From a virus (taxonomy: Duplodnaviria > Caudoviricetes), in IMG/VR virus record IMGVR_UViG_2974736276_000001, positions 1 through 64,000 of that record: a stretch of 64,000 bases of DNA; one strand, given 5' to 3'. Positions within the stretch are counted from its first letter, which is position 1, and each line of letters begins with the position of its first letter. Of this stretch, positions 10,100 to 18,700 are shown piece by piece. The notes under the pieces are model-generated. The model saw only the letters and a list, made by a program, of their open reading frames with translations, did no database searches and was not told the DNA's origin. The translations under genes and the position numbers were made by a program.

Positions 10100-10674
10100 T
10101 AAATCATCCTCACCGTATAAATTACTCTTGATTGTGTAAACACACCCTGATTAATCCAAACATCTTCAATATTCACAATCACGAATCTGTGATTGTCGGG
10201 AACCATCCATTCTGTTTCATATTCAATCATTTCAATTTTATCTGCCTTACGAGATTCTGCGTCAGCAATTCTTTCCTCATAAGTTCCATGACTATCATTA
10301 AGAGTATCTACAATGAACTCATCTACTGGAGTATCATGCAGAATGTTAAGCATATCAACCCAATAGCGATAAGCATAGCCAGATTCTATCTTAATCATAG
10401 TCCCAGAATCATAACTCCATGAACTAGAAAAATCAATAGCAGTCTTTTGGCCTTCAGAGAATGATGTTACTCTGTTAAGACAGAAAGTATCACCTACGCC
10501 AAGATCTGCGATTTTATTGAGTTCAGCGTTAGTAATTCCACGCCACAGCTCGTATGGAATTTGAGTCAAATTTCCCTCGATGAGGGTACTTAAAGCTTTG
10601 TTATGGTCTGGGCAGATTTTGTCATTCATACATTGAAAAAGAATGGATTCTTCCCAGTCAGTAAATTTTTTCAT
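10099..10674 (-). CDS. modB: Mod-family ADP-ribosyltransferase (ModB-like); single copy
   Basis: KFTDWEESILFQCM, LWRG, RVTSFS and ETEWM (R-S-ExE). Confidence 0.8.
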   Translation of the reverse strand: MKKFTDWEESILFQCMNDKICPDHNKALSTLIEGNLTQIPYELWRGITNAELNKIADLGVGDTFCLNRVTSFSEGQKTAIDFSSSWSYDSGTMIKIESGYAYRYWVDMLNILHDTPVDEFIVDTLNDSHGTYEERIADAESRKADKIEMIEYETEWMVPDNHRFVIVNIEDVWINQGVFTQSRVIYTVRMI

Positions 10675-10687
10675 GATTCCTCCAGAT

Positions 10688-10734
10688 GATGGAGCTATAC
10701 TAACTTATCATCTGGAGGAAGTACACTACTTTTT
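10688..10734 (-). promoter_or_regulatory. early promoter with conserved CTCCATC leader
   Basis: GTGTAC...TAGTAT-AGCTCCATC; 14-bp inverted repeat at 10677-10720. Confidence 0.75.
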
Positions 10735-10927
10735 ATGACCAAGGATGCCAAGGAGGAGGGTCACTATAGAGTTCTGAAAGAGCACTCAGAAGTGATTCTG
10801 GAGGACTTACGCCGTGCTGTTGAAAGACTATATTCAACTCAGATTTAATGTCTTCTGAGTGATTCGGAGAAGGAGTGTCTGTGGATGGCTCTTCAAAACC
10901 ATCCAAGATTTCAAACAGATTTACCAT
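10733..10927 (-). CDS. ModA.2-like protein
   Basis: C-terminal LYSDPPPWHPW motif; synteny. Confidence 0.7.
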   Translation of the reverse strand: MVNLFEILDGFEEPSTDTPSPNHSEDIKSELNIVFQQHGVSPPESLLSALSELYSDPPPWHPWS

Positions 10928-11421
10928 GATATTCCTTTCGAAGGAGGCGAAGATTCATGTGAACGAGAAACCTGGCCATAATCAATCCATCGTTCTCTTA
11001 GTTCATCATCGTGTAAAGCATACGAATCTTCGGGATCTGCTTTCATAAACAACCAAAGAGATCGGTGTAAAGTATGAATATAACTTGCCTCATTCATGTG
11101 TATGAGGGGAGTTCTACCATCTTCTTTACATTTAACAAAATAGTCACGAGAATAACCGCTTTGAGCATAACCTTTCTGAGCAAGTAATTCTACTGCAGTG
11201 AAAGGTGATGCAGAATCCGACCGAAGTTCACCATACTTCGTTATCGAAACAAATAACCCTTCTGGGAATAATAGAGATGACTTCAATTTTTCAGCAAATT
11301 TATCTAATGTACTACCAGAATATGCTAAAAGCATAGAAGAGATCGTATGCTTAGTATGGTCACGATCTCTTCTATCGTGAAGAGTTATTTTAAAGATTTT
11401 GGCTGTTTCAGCTTTCCACAT
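10921..11421 (-). CDS. hypothetical protein (modA.3 position)
   Basis: 166-aa ORF in the operon. Confidence 0.6.
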   Translation of the reverse strand: MWKAETAKIFKITLHDRRDRDHTKHTISSMLLAYSGSTLDKFAEKLKSSLLFPEGLFVSITKYGELRSDSASPFTAVELLAQKGYAQSGYSRDYFVKCKEDGRTPLIHMNEASYIHTLHRSLWLFMKADPEDSYALHDDELRERWIDYGQVSRSHESSPPSKGISW

Positions 11422-11570
11422 AATGCACCATCAGGGTCTTTTAATTTAGAAGATTCCAGCATAGCTGGGCCGTGTTTCAACAAAAATTGATGAGCTTCTT
11501 CTGCACGTTGTGCAGCTTCAGGATCAGTCTTTCTAATTTCTTCGAGTATTTCTTTGAATGGTCTAATCAT
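11385..11570 (-). CDS. srh: Srh-like transcription modulator
   Basis: small protein with FLLKHGPAMLE; position between mod and soc. Confidence 0.5.
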   Translation of the reverse strand: MIRPFKEILEEIRKTDPEAAQRAEEAHQFLLKHGPAMLESSKLKDPDGALCGKLKQPKSLK

Positions 11571-11591
11571 AATATACCTCTTCAGATAGCA

Positions 11592-11617
11592 AAAAAGGAA
11601 TCCCGAAGGATTCCTTT
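11592..11617 (-). terminator. terminator after soc
   Basis: AAAGGAATCC-TTCG-GGATTCCTTTTTT. Confidence 0.85.
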
Positions 11618-11620
11618 CAA

Positions 11621-11860
11621 TTATGCACCATCACCATCAGTGGTCTTTGCAGCTTCAAGATCGGTGAAGATCTTAGCATTGGCAGTACGCCATGCAGCAG
11701 CATCGGTGAATGTATTTGCTGAATCAGCAAGAGCTTCTTCAGTCGGATCAAGCATATGATAACCTGAGTTAGCGATACGATGTTCGTCAGAATAAACTTT
11801 GAAATCTACTGAGTAAAGAGTACCGGCAGCACCTGGTACACGAAAGTTAACGAATGACAT
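11621..11860 (-). CDS. soc: small outer capsid protein
   Basis: FVN..SVDFKVYSDEHRI...W.TAN resembles T4 Soc; late promoter upstream. Confidence 0.8.
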   Translation of the reverse strand: MSFVNFRVPGAAGTLYSVDFKVYSDEHRIANSGYHMLDPTEEALADSANTFTDAAAWRTANAKIFTDLEAAKTTDGDGA

Positions 11861-11891
11861 AATGTCTCCTTAATTAAGTGAACTTCAGTTT

Positions 11892-11899
11892 TATTTATA
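11892..11899 (-). promoter_or_regulatory. late promoter TATAAATA (soc)
   Basis: exact gp55 consensus upstream of soc, overlapping the segF stop. Confidence 0.85.
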
Positions 11900-12584
11900 A
11901 CGGCTCAATATAGCCGTAGTCTCTAAATTCATATATCAATAATTTTAATGAACTGCTTGTACAAGAATAAATCCCGTTTAAAGCCTTTACGACTTCACCC
12001 TGTTTTGGCTTTCCCAATGATATCCATAAATCAAATATTTGTTTCTTTAATGGTAGTTTCCAGTGAAGAGCTATTCTTTGTGCTTTGCTAGTTGCTTGTG
12101 ACACAATTTTTCTAGATGACAGATTTGAATAAAAATTATTCATTATTTCAGATTGTCTCAATTTTCTTTTATAATTATTTTGAGCCTTTTTCTGCGAACT
12201 ACACATTTTAGATTTTACATTTGGATTATTTAATAAAATTTTATGTGTTTTCTTTTTGTCTTCTGACCATTTAAATCCTGGTAAATTTCCTCCTGGAGCT
12301 AAATTTAGACACCGTTTTCCATATTTTCTTTTTAACTTTGATATTAGCTCAACTTCTGCAATATTAACGTCTTCTAGATATCTAAAATCCTTTAACCATC
12401 TTATTTTACAAATATCAGTACCATATTTTCTTTTAAAATGATTCAATATTGTACCAGAACCAAGATATCTATCTAATCTTGCTTCAAATTTATATGATAG
12501 ATGTTGTCCAGCATAATAGAATGCTCCCGAAGGAGCATTTATTTTTATTAAATAGGTTCTATAAAATTTTGTTTTAGTAGCCAT
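11895..12584 (-). mobile_element. segF: free-standing GIY-YIG homing endonuclease, SegF (gp69)-like
   Basis: KFYRTY...YYAGQH...YLGSG...E..LI...CLNLAPGG; AT-rich; between soc and 56 as in T4; ATG overlaps the end of gene 56. Confidence 0.85.
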
Positions 12585-13089
12585 TATCTTGACGTGCAAA
12601 GTTCTCTGCATTTTTAAGATAATACAATTTAAACATTTCTTCAGCTGACATGTTTAAACCAATAGCCATATTAAACACAAAATGCATAATATCAATAAGT
12701 TCAAATTTAATTTCTAATTGATCTTCAGAAGACATTTCAGAAATAGGCTTATTCTGCGCTTCGACGTACCTTCCTTTCCATTTCTTCCAAACTGCCGAAG
12801 CATCTTTATCACCTCGATGCATTTCACCAAGAGAAGTCAGCAATTCACGGAATTCATCATCAATACAATCTTTTTGTTCGCGCATCCAACCAACAACATC
12901 GCCAGCAGTTTTTAATTTATCAGGATGATAACAATAATCTCGATCATTCGCCAGACGAACCTGCAGAGACTTTTGCATATCAAGCATAATCTGTAGAGGA
13001 TCTTTCGCAGTCTGTAAAGCATAATCATATTCTGCTGTAGCTTTATCTGCACCAGCAATTAGTTGACTGCATTCATTAAAGTGTGCCAT
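12574..13089 (-). CDS. 56: dCTPase/dUTPase gp56
   Basis: MAHFNECSQLI, IDDEFRELLTSLG, EIKFELIDIMHF, KNAENFARQDNGY. Confidence 0.95.
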   Translation of the reverse strand: MAHFNECSQLIAGADKATAEYDYALQTAKDPLQIMLDMQKSLQVRLANDRDYCYHPDKLKTAGDVVGWMREQKDCIDDEFRELLTSLGEMHRGDKDASAVWKKWKGRYVEAQNKPISEMSSEDQLEIKFELIDIMHFVFNMAIGLNMSAEEMFKLYYLKNAENFARQDNGY

Positions 13090-13125
13090 TCTATTTCCTT
13101 TTATTCAAATCAGAGAGTAATTATA

Positions 13126-13464
13126 TCAATAAGTACGTTTAGCAGAAACATGACCAAGTTCTTCTGAGATACCTGCATATTTCAATAGCTTGGCTTTCTT
13201 TGCATCAATCTGCTCGCGATTCGGAACAAACTTAAATCCAACTTGTTCTTCAGCAAATTCAAGAGCACCTAAAAGATCATTTAATTCGCCACGAAGACGC
13301 TCGATATTCGTGGTCTTTGCAGGATCTAATGGGCTGAAAGACCGGGTACCGAATTGCATGATTTTGGAGCATTCAACTGCGATCTCATTACATTCTTCCA
13401 TAATTTTAAGCATGCAGTACTGATCAATATTCATTTGTTGATAATCCATATGAGCCAATTTCAT
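13126..13464 (-). CDS. MazG-like all-alpha nucleotide pyrophosphohydrolase
   Basis: EECNE...ELNDL acidic ExxE/ExxD pattern. Confidence 0.7.
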   Translation of the reverse strand: MKLAHMDYQQMNIDQYCMLKIMEECNEIAVECSKIMQFGTRSFSPLDPAKTTNIERLRGELNDLLGALEFAEEQVGFKFVPNREQIDAKKAKLLKYAGISEELGHVSAKRTY

Positions 13465-13828
13465 TTAAGCTACGAATAACATTCATGTATTCTTCTGGAA
13501 TTCGAACAGCTTTATGATCACTATTTAAAAACCTACTGACCTTGGTCATCATACCGCGCTCAATATCAATGCTTAAACTAGCTACCGGTGGTGCAGGCTC
13601 ATAATTAACTGCACCGCCAGATGTTGCAACTTGAAAAGCTTGCCTTTGGAGTTCTCTATCTTTAGCAGTTTCTGTTCTGATGATTTCTTGGCGAACACGT
13701 TCTTTAAGAATTTGAACGATCGCTTTATTACTAAGATTGCTTTTCACAGCAGAAATCAATTCAAGCTCTGATAGCTCTATATCCACACGTTCACGACAAA
13801 CTTTTGTTGCATTTAATTTAATAGTCAT
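13424..13828 (-). CDS. hypothetical protein
   Basis: 134-aa ORF in the operon. Confidence 0.6.
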   Translation of the reverse strand: MTIKLNATKVCRERVDIELSELELISAVKSNLSNKAIVQILKERVRQEIIRTETAKDRELQRQAFQVATSGGAVNYEPAPPVASLSIDIERGMMTKVSRFLNSDHKAVRIPEEYMNVIRSLNEIGSYGLSTNEY

Positions 13829-13830
13829 AA

Positions 13831-14877
13831 TTATACCTTCGCATATTTAGAGAATCGCATCTTAGCTTCAAGACCCGACGCTGAGTTCGATTCAATATAA
13901 CTCATAATTTGAGAAGCAGTTGCCCCATCTTTACGAATCATATCATTCACGTCTTTTGAACCCCATGGGGACTTATCCCAAAAGACTACCCGTTCACCTG
14001 AGTCAATCAAGCGTTTCATTCGCTTAATAGTGTCAGGATGCCGAGGTTCATGGTCCATTACCCAAACTCGTTTGTCCTTGAATGGCATAGAACCTAAATC
14101 CAAAGAACCACCTGTAATAGCAATAGCATTATCAACGAATAGTGAGTCTATTGGTCCTTCCATGACATAAACGTCTTTTGACTCATCCACTGTGTCGAGG
14201 CCATAGATTTTTGTTGCACTTTCATGGGCTTTGATTGTGATGTATTTCTGGGGAGCATCTTTTCGAAGAGCTCGTCCTTGGAACGATTCGATTTTACCTT
14301 GCTTGTTGAAGATTGGAATAACCAGACGCGGCTCATTCGTTTCATTCTTATATGTCCCCGGATTGACTGAATTGACTAATGCTGGCCACTGATTTGTGAA
14401 CCATAACCGTTTCAACTTATCTTTAGGAATACATCTTGCTAATACGTACTTAATTATTGGGTGTTCTTCGGGAAGACGATCTAATCTTTCGCAATAATCA
14501 AGTTTTTCGATAATCAATTTAGCTGTTAACTTTTCTGATATTTCAGTCTTAGTTTCAATTGGTCTATCAAATACTTGCTCTTTACGTTTTTCGAGTAGAT
14601 AATCTCGATATAAGTCAGGTTCTTGTTCTTTTAAGAACACATTGAACCAATCTGCATAGTCACAGTTAAAACAGTGAACACGCAGTGAATCATTGACAGG
14701 ATAAGCCCAGAATCGTGCTTTGAATGCATCTTTCTGAGAGTCTCCACAAATTGGACATCTCGCATTTAACTTGAACTGTCCGCTCGTAGTTACTTTGCGA
14801 AATCTTGGAAGGACGCTGAATACTCGTTCAGCAAATTCATTATCAACCCAACTCATTATATTCTCCAATGGCTCCAT
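13831..14877 (-). CDS. 61: DNA primase gp61
   Basis: CPICGDS...HCFNC zinc domain; EGPIDSLF TOPRIM. Confidence 0.95.
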   Translation of the reverse strand: MEPLENIMSWVDNEFAERVFSVLPRFRKVTTSGQFKLNARCPICGDSQKDAFKARFWAYPVNDSLRVHCFNCDYADWFNVFLKEQEPDLYRDYLLEKRKEQVFDRPIETKTEISEKLTAKLIIEKLDYCERLDRLPEEHPIIKYVLARCIPKDKLKRLWFTNQWPALVNSVNPGTYKNETNEPRLVIPIFNKQGKIESFQGRALRKDAPQKYITIKAHESATKIYGLDTVDESKDVYVMEGPIDSLFVDNAIAITGGSLDLGSMPFKDKRVWVMDHEPRHPDTIKRMKRLIDSGERVVFWDKSPWGSKDVNDMIRKDGATASQIMSYIESNSASGLEAKMRFSKYAKV

Positions 14878-14892
14878 GATAGAGCCATTATA

Positions 14893-15360
14893 TCACAGTT
14901 TTTCTGGGTTTATTTTCAATCGCTTGCGCTTTTGTTTTGCACCGATAGCTGATGGACCTTTATTAGTCACAGCACCGGATGTTACACCAGATGAGATATT
15001 TTGGGCATTGTACCCAGAATCTCCAGCGACCATATCTTCTTTTATCAATGTAGCCACGATCTCTTTCTGCTCAGATTCGGTAATACCGTATCGTGAAGCA
15101 ACTGCAGAAAGACCTGACATGAATGATGACACTCCAGTTAATCCCGGAATTGTACTCATCATTCGTTTCATTGAACGAATAGAAGCATGGAATGGCGTAT
15201 AACTTTCTTTCTCTTCAGTAGTCTGAGGACGCTTTAAAACGTTCCCCTTAGCGTCAATAACACCAGTACCAAATGCTTTCCAATCAGAGAAATCTTTTTG
15301 CATAAGTCTAATAAACTTATACGCGTAGACAGAATCTACAGCAGTCTTAATAATAGCCAT
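14893..15360 (-). CDS. conserved T4-like protein (gp61.1-like), probably late
   Basis: YAYKFIRLM...W.AF..GVID..G; AGGAGG SD; AATAAATA upstream. Confidence 0.7.
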   Translation of the reverse strand: MAIIKTAVDSVYAYKFIRLMQKDFSDWKAFGTGVIDAKGNVLKRPQTTEEKESYTPFHASIRSMKRMMSTIPGLTGVSSFMSGLSAVASRYGITESEQKEIVATLIKEDMVAGDSGYNAQNISSGVTSGAVTNKGPSAIGAKQKRKRLKINPEKL

Positions 15361-15379
15361 GAGTGACCTCCTGGCTTAT

Positions 15380-15556
15380 TTATTTAACATAAGTGTTAAA
15401 TGGAACGCATGCAAATTCTACACGGCTCAATTGATTATCGAATGATTTACCCATTTGTTTACATTCAGCTTCAGAATTAATACCTTCAACCTTTTGAGAA
15501 GTTTGTCCGTAGCCACCAACATTCATTGCAATAATTAAAATCCACGTAGTAATCAT
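15380..15556 (-). CDS. small two-Cys protein with hydrophobic N-terminus (58 aa)
   Basis: translated by hand: MITTWILIIAM...C...C; AAGG SD. Confidence 0.6.
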   Translation of the reverse strand: MITTWILIIAMNVGGYGQTSQKVEGINSEAECKQMGKSFDNQLSRVEFACVPFNTYVK

Positions 15557-15569
15557 GATATCGCCTTAA

Positions 15570-15746
15570 TTATTTGTCGAGATATTCACATTGAAAGAAA
15601 GAATATTGTGGTTTATAAGCTTCATCAACTTTCTTTTTCCATGCTTCACCCGCGGATTCGCATGACGCATTATTTGGAAGACCTTTAATGCTGTGAATTT
15701 GTGAGCCAGGTGCCATTAAAGTTAAAATCAATACCCAAGTTCCCAT
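15570..15746 (-). CDS. small two-Cys protein, paralog of the preceding gene (58 aa)
   Basis: translated by hand: MGTWVLILTLM...C...C; GAGGA SD. Confidence 0.65.
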   Translation of the reverse strand: MGTWVLILTLMAPGSQIHSIKGLPNNASCESAGEAWKKKVDEAYKPQYSFFQCEYLDK

Positions 15747-15756
15747 AATATTTTCC

Positions 15757-15954
15757 TCAGTATAATTTAATCACTTCAGTGATAGATGAATGTACAGCCT
15801 GAATTTTATCAGCTAAAATATCATAAATTTGTTCTGCTTTAGATTCAAGTGGAAAGTCAAGAACTTGAGAATCAATACCGCCACCAGTTCTGTTTTTCAT
15901 AATTACAAGAATTTTATACATGACCAATCCAAAAATTAAAAATTTGATCATCAA
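15757..15954 (-). CDS. hypothetical protein
   Basis: ORF track. Confidence 0.55.
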   Translation of the reverse strand: MMIKFLIFGLVMYKILVIMKNRTGGGIDSQVLDFPLESKAEQIYDILADKIQAVHSSITEVIKLY

Positions 15955-16330
15955 CCGAAACAGGATTCACTTTTGGATCCTTTTCCGGTACCTTAAAATC
16001 AATACGTAAATCCGGAGCTACAATTTCAATAACTTCTTTGACTTTTTCCAGATTGGTTCGCGCGGATACAACACTGCGATATTTTAGATTCTGACCAGTT
16101 GAATCTTTATATATCTGACAAAGAAGCGGATATGTTATTCTATGGCCTTTATAGCGTTCACTACAATCAACACCATTAATTTCTAATGATTTAACTGTGC
16201 CATCAAAATGCTCGCGCCGGGATCTAGGATCTTCACGATGCTTTTTCACTTTAATGGTGAAATGATGCACTTTATCCATTTTTAAATGGATTTCACCACA
16301 CCCATCACCAATATAAAATACTGGAATCAT
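15914..16330 (-). CDS. hypothetical protein
   Basis: 138-aa ORF coupled to spackle (ATGA). Confidence 0.6.
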   Translation of the reverse strand: MIPVFYIGDGCGEIHLKMDKVHHFTIKVKKHREDPRSRREHFDGTVKSLEINGVDCSERYKGHRITYPLLCQIYKDSTGQNLKYRSVVSARTNLEKVKEVIEIVAPDLRIDFKVPEKDPKVNPVSVDDQIFNFWIGHV

Positions 16331-16596
16331 TTTGCTCCAATCTCCTTCATCATGTCAATATCTTGCTTGACACAGTACATTGCATAACCGGCAGCTACCA
16401 TTGTATCAACATCCAGACGATTGACAGTAGCCATTTCATCTTTAGTTTTAGCAGCCTTGTTCAAATCCTTTTTGATCATCTGCATCACAGTATCTTGATT
16501 GCCTTCCATATACTTGATGCATTTCACTTCATCATACGCCATAGCAGAAGTTGACATAAAGACTGCGATAGCGATAATCAAAGATTTTACTTTCAT
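16327..16596 (-). CDS. sp: Spackle-like periplasmic lysozyme inhibitor
   Basis: signal peptide ending AMA-YD, C...DQ/NQ..V...I..D, Y.MYC as in T4 gp61.3; synteny. Confidence 0.75.
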   Translation of the reverse strand: MKVKSLIIAIAVFMSTSAMAYDEVKCIKYMEGNQDTVMQMIKKDLNKAAKTKDEMATVNRLDVDTMVAAGYAMYCVKQDIDMMKEIGAK

Positions 16597-16618
16597 TTCA
16601 ATATCCTCTTGTTTGATT

Positions 16619-16660
16619 GAGGCTACTATACCATAGCCTCCCAAGGATGTACACTAAATC
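16619..16660 (-). promoter_or_regulatory. early promoter
   Basis: GTGTAC...TGGTATAGT; -10 lies within the GAGGCTA/TAGCCTC inverted repeat. Confidence 0.65.
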
Positions 16661-16890
16661 TTTTTGACTTTTGACATGACGTTTTCGTAGGTCTCTGTAC
16701 CGTCACCTTCTAGATAAGAACATGTGAACGCTGCTCTACCATTTTCATACGCAGTAAGAGAGTTCAACCCCTTGTTAACTGATTTGATTTCTTTATTGAA
16801 TACTTCAAGTGCTTCTATAAAATCAGAAGAAGCAGAGACTATGCTCTGCCTCCCATACTGATCATCTTCTGTAGTATATACGAAAACCAT
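16654..16890 (-). CDS. hypothetical protein
   Basis: ORF with GGTGA SD. Confidence 0.6.
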   Translation of the reverse strand: MVFVYTTEDDQYGRQSIVSASSDFIEALEVFNKEIKSVNKGLNSLTAYENGRAAFTCSYLEGDGTETYENVMSKVKKI

Positions 16891-16897
16891 AATTCAC

Positions 16898-18343
16898 CTA
16901 GAATTTCATTGATTCGGCCAATGCATCCAGATCACCTCTAGTCACCTGAGATGCACCATTTCGTTCTGTACGGTTCTCTTCAGCCTGACGCCTCATTGAA
17001 CCCTCTACCTCTCTGACCGTAGTCGGAGGTTGATTAGAACGTGTTTCTTCAGTTTCATACCAACGCTGATTACCTTTCTTAACACCAATCATGAACTTCG
17101 AGTTGATGTTCTTATCGCCATAACGAGATTTGATTTGCTTAACGAGTTGAGTACCTTGTTGAGCAAGTTCTTCTGTCTCAATGACTGCTAGCATAAAGTC
17201 TGCTGTAGCCGGAAGACCTGCCGATTCTGCAACGTCTGCCATTGTCATATCAGAAGCGTCCCATGCTGCACGACCAGTCTGAGCTGCTGACCACATGCAA
17301 GTGCCAGTTTCGACTGCAAGACCACGAAGTTCTTCAGCAATAGCTTTGACCAATGTGTAACTATTCTCAGTGTACTGCTTAATACGTGATGAACCACAGA
17401 TACCAAGATAATCGACGATGATTACATCTGGAATGAATTGCTTCTTCAGCTTTAACTCATTGAGTAATGCTCGGAATGTGTTAGCATTAGCACCACCAGT
17501 CGGATACTGCTTAACGATCAGTCTACCAAGAGTAGTCGATTTACGCCATTTTTCCATCTTGGCTTTGTATTCAGCATACGCGATATGACCATCATCAATA
17601 TCATCAAGTGTCATGTCATTCAAGTTAGCATCAATACGTTTGGCACATACTTCTTCGGCCATTTCCATAGAGATGTAAAGAACGTTGAAACCTGTCTGAA
17701 GATAATCTGCTGCTAGTGAACAAAGACCCAATGACTTACCAACGTTGACACCTGCCATTAAGATATTCAATGTACCGAACTCTGCACCACCTTTAGTGAT
17801 ACGATTCAGAATGTTTAGCTTAAATGGAATCTTACGAGTCTTATTCATGTAAGACAACCAACGAGCTTCATAATCTTCTAACCAATCATGACCTACGTTA
17901 GAGTCAAATGAAATTGCCAGTGCATCGCGCATGATATCAGGAATAGCACCTACATCAGGAAGCCGCTTATCACGTTTCTCTTTTGGTAGATCAGCGTTCG
18001 TCTGAATTTCAATGATACGTGAAGTAGCATTATACATCGCAGTCTTCTGAACATATTTCTCAGTTTCTTTAATTAACCAAGAATGGTCTTCAGGAGAATC
18101 AGTCAGTGAATTAAGTAAAGCCTTTGAACCTTCAAATTCTACTTCAGAAATTGGAAGATTATCTAATGCCAAATTCAATGCAGTAGTAGACGGAATCGAA
18201 TGATATTCATCTACATGATTTTTAATTGTGTTGAAAAGAGTTTTAGCTGGACCACGTTCAAAGTACGATTCGTCCATATAAGGCCAAACTGTACTGAAAT
18301 ATGTTTTATCATATACTAAATGAGAAAGGATAATCTCTACCAC
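16898..18343 (-). CDS. 41: replicative DNA helicase gp41
   Basis: AGVNVGKS, ISMEM, VDYLGI, KSRYGD. Confidence 0.96.
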   Translation of the reverse strand: MVEIILSHLVYDKTYFSTVWPYMDESYFERGPAKTLFNTIKNHVDEYHSIPSTTALNLALDNLPISEVEFEGSKALLNSLTDSPEDHSWLIKETEKYVQKTAMYNATSRIIEIQTNADLPKEKRDKRLPDVGAIPDIMRDALAISFDSNVGHDWLEDYEARWLSYMNKTRKIPFKLNILNRITKGGAEFGTLNILMAGVNVGKSLGLCSLAADYLQTGFNVLYISMEMAEEVCAKRIDANLNDMTLDDIDDGHIAYAEYKAKMEKWRKSTTLGRLIVKQYPTGGANANTFRALLNELKLKKQFIPDVIIVDYLGICGSSRIKQYTENSYTLVKAIAEELRGLAVETGTCMWSAAQTGRAAWDASDMTMADVAESAGLPATADFMLAVIETEELAQQGTQLVKQIKSRYGDKNINSKFMIGVKKGNQRWYETEETRSNQPPTTVREVEGSMRRQAEENRTERNGASQVTRGDLDALAESMKF

Positions 18344-18352
18344 AATAACCTC

Positions 18353-18700
18353 TTATTTGAACCACGATTTTTTAGGTTTCTTAGCGAAATGTTCTGTTAG
18401 CTGCATTTTAATACAGTCTTCAACATGCGGATAGAGTTCATCTTTTCTTTCAGTCGAAGGTGTAGAAAACTCGACTTCAACTTCTCCTCTTACAGTCTCA
18501 GACATTTTAATTCCATTCACATAAACCATGTGAGCACTACCGTCAGGTAGAGTCAACAGAATTTCTTGTATAACGTGAGACATTGCTTCTTTTATTAGAC
18601 GCAGAGATTCTTCATAAGCTTTTAGCTCCTCCCCCGAAGGGGAGGAATCTTCTGAAAATTTCTCTAAGCCTGACAGGTCGAAACCATTATCATTCTTCAT
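18353..18700 (-). CDS. 40: head vertex assembly chaperone gp40
   Basis: VIQEILLTL.DG..H.VY...V.FST..RK.EL.PHVE.CI..Q; synteny. Confidence 0.88.
   Translation of the reverse strand: MKNDNGFDLSGLEKFSEDSSPSGEELKAYEESLRLIKEAMSHVIQEILLTLPDGSAHMVYVNGIKMSETVRGEVEVEFSTPSTERKDELYPHVEDCIKMQLTEHFAKKPKKSWFK
18625..18646 (-). other. stable UUCG hairpin inside gene 40
   Basis: TCCTCCCC-TTCG-GGGGAGGA; T4 has a hairpin/Rho-dependent RNA end at this position. Confidence 0.6.

Noticed and set aside
16654-16890. dmd antitoxin at its syntenic position
   Set aside because: The sequence does not resemble T4 Dmd as I recall it; left as hypothetical.
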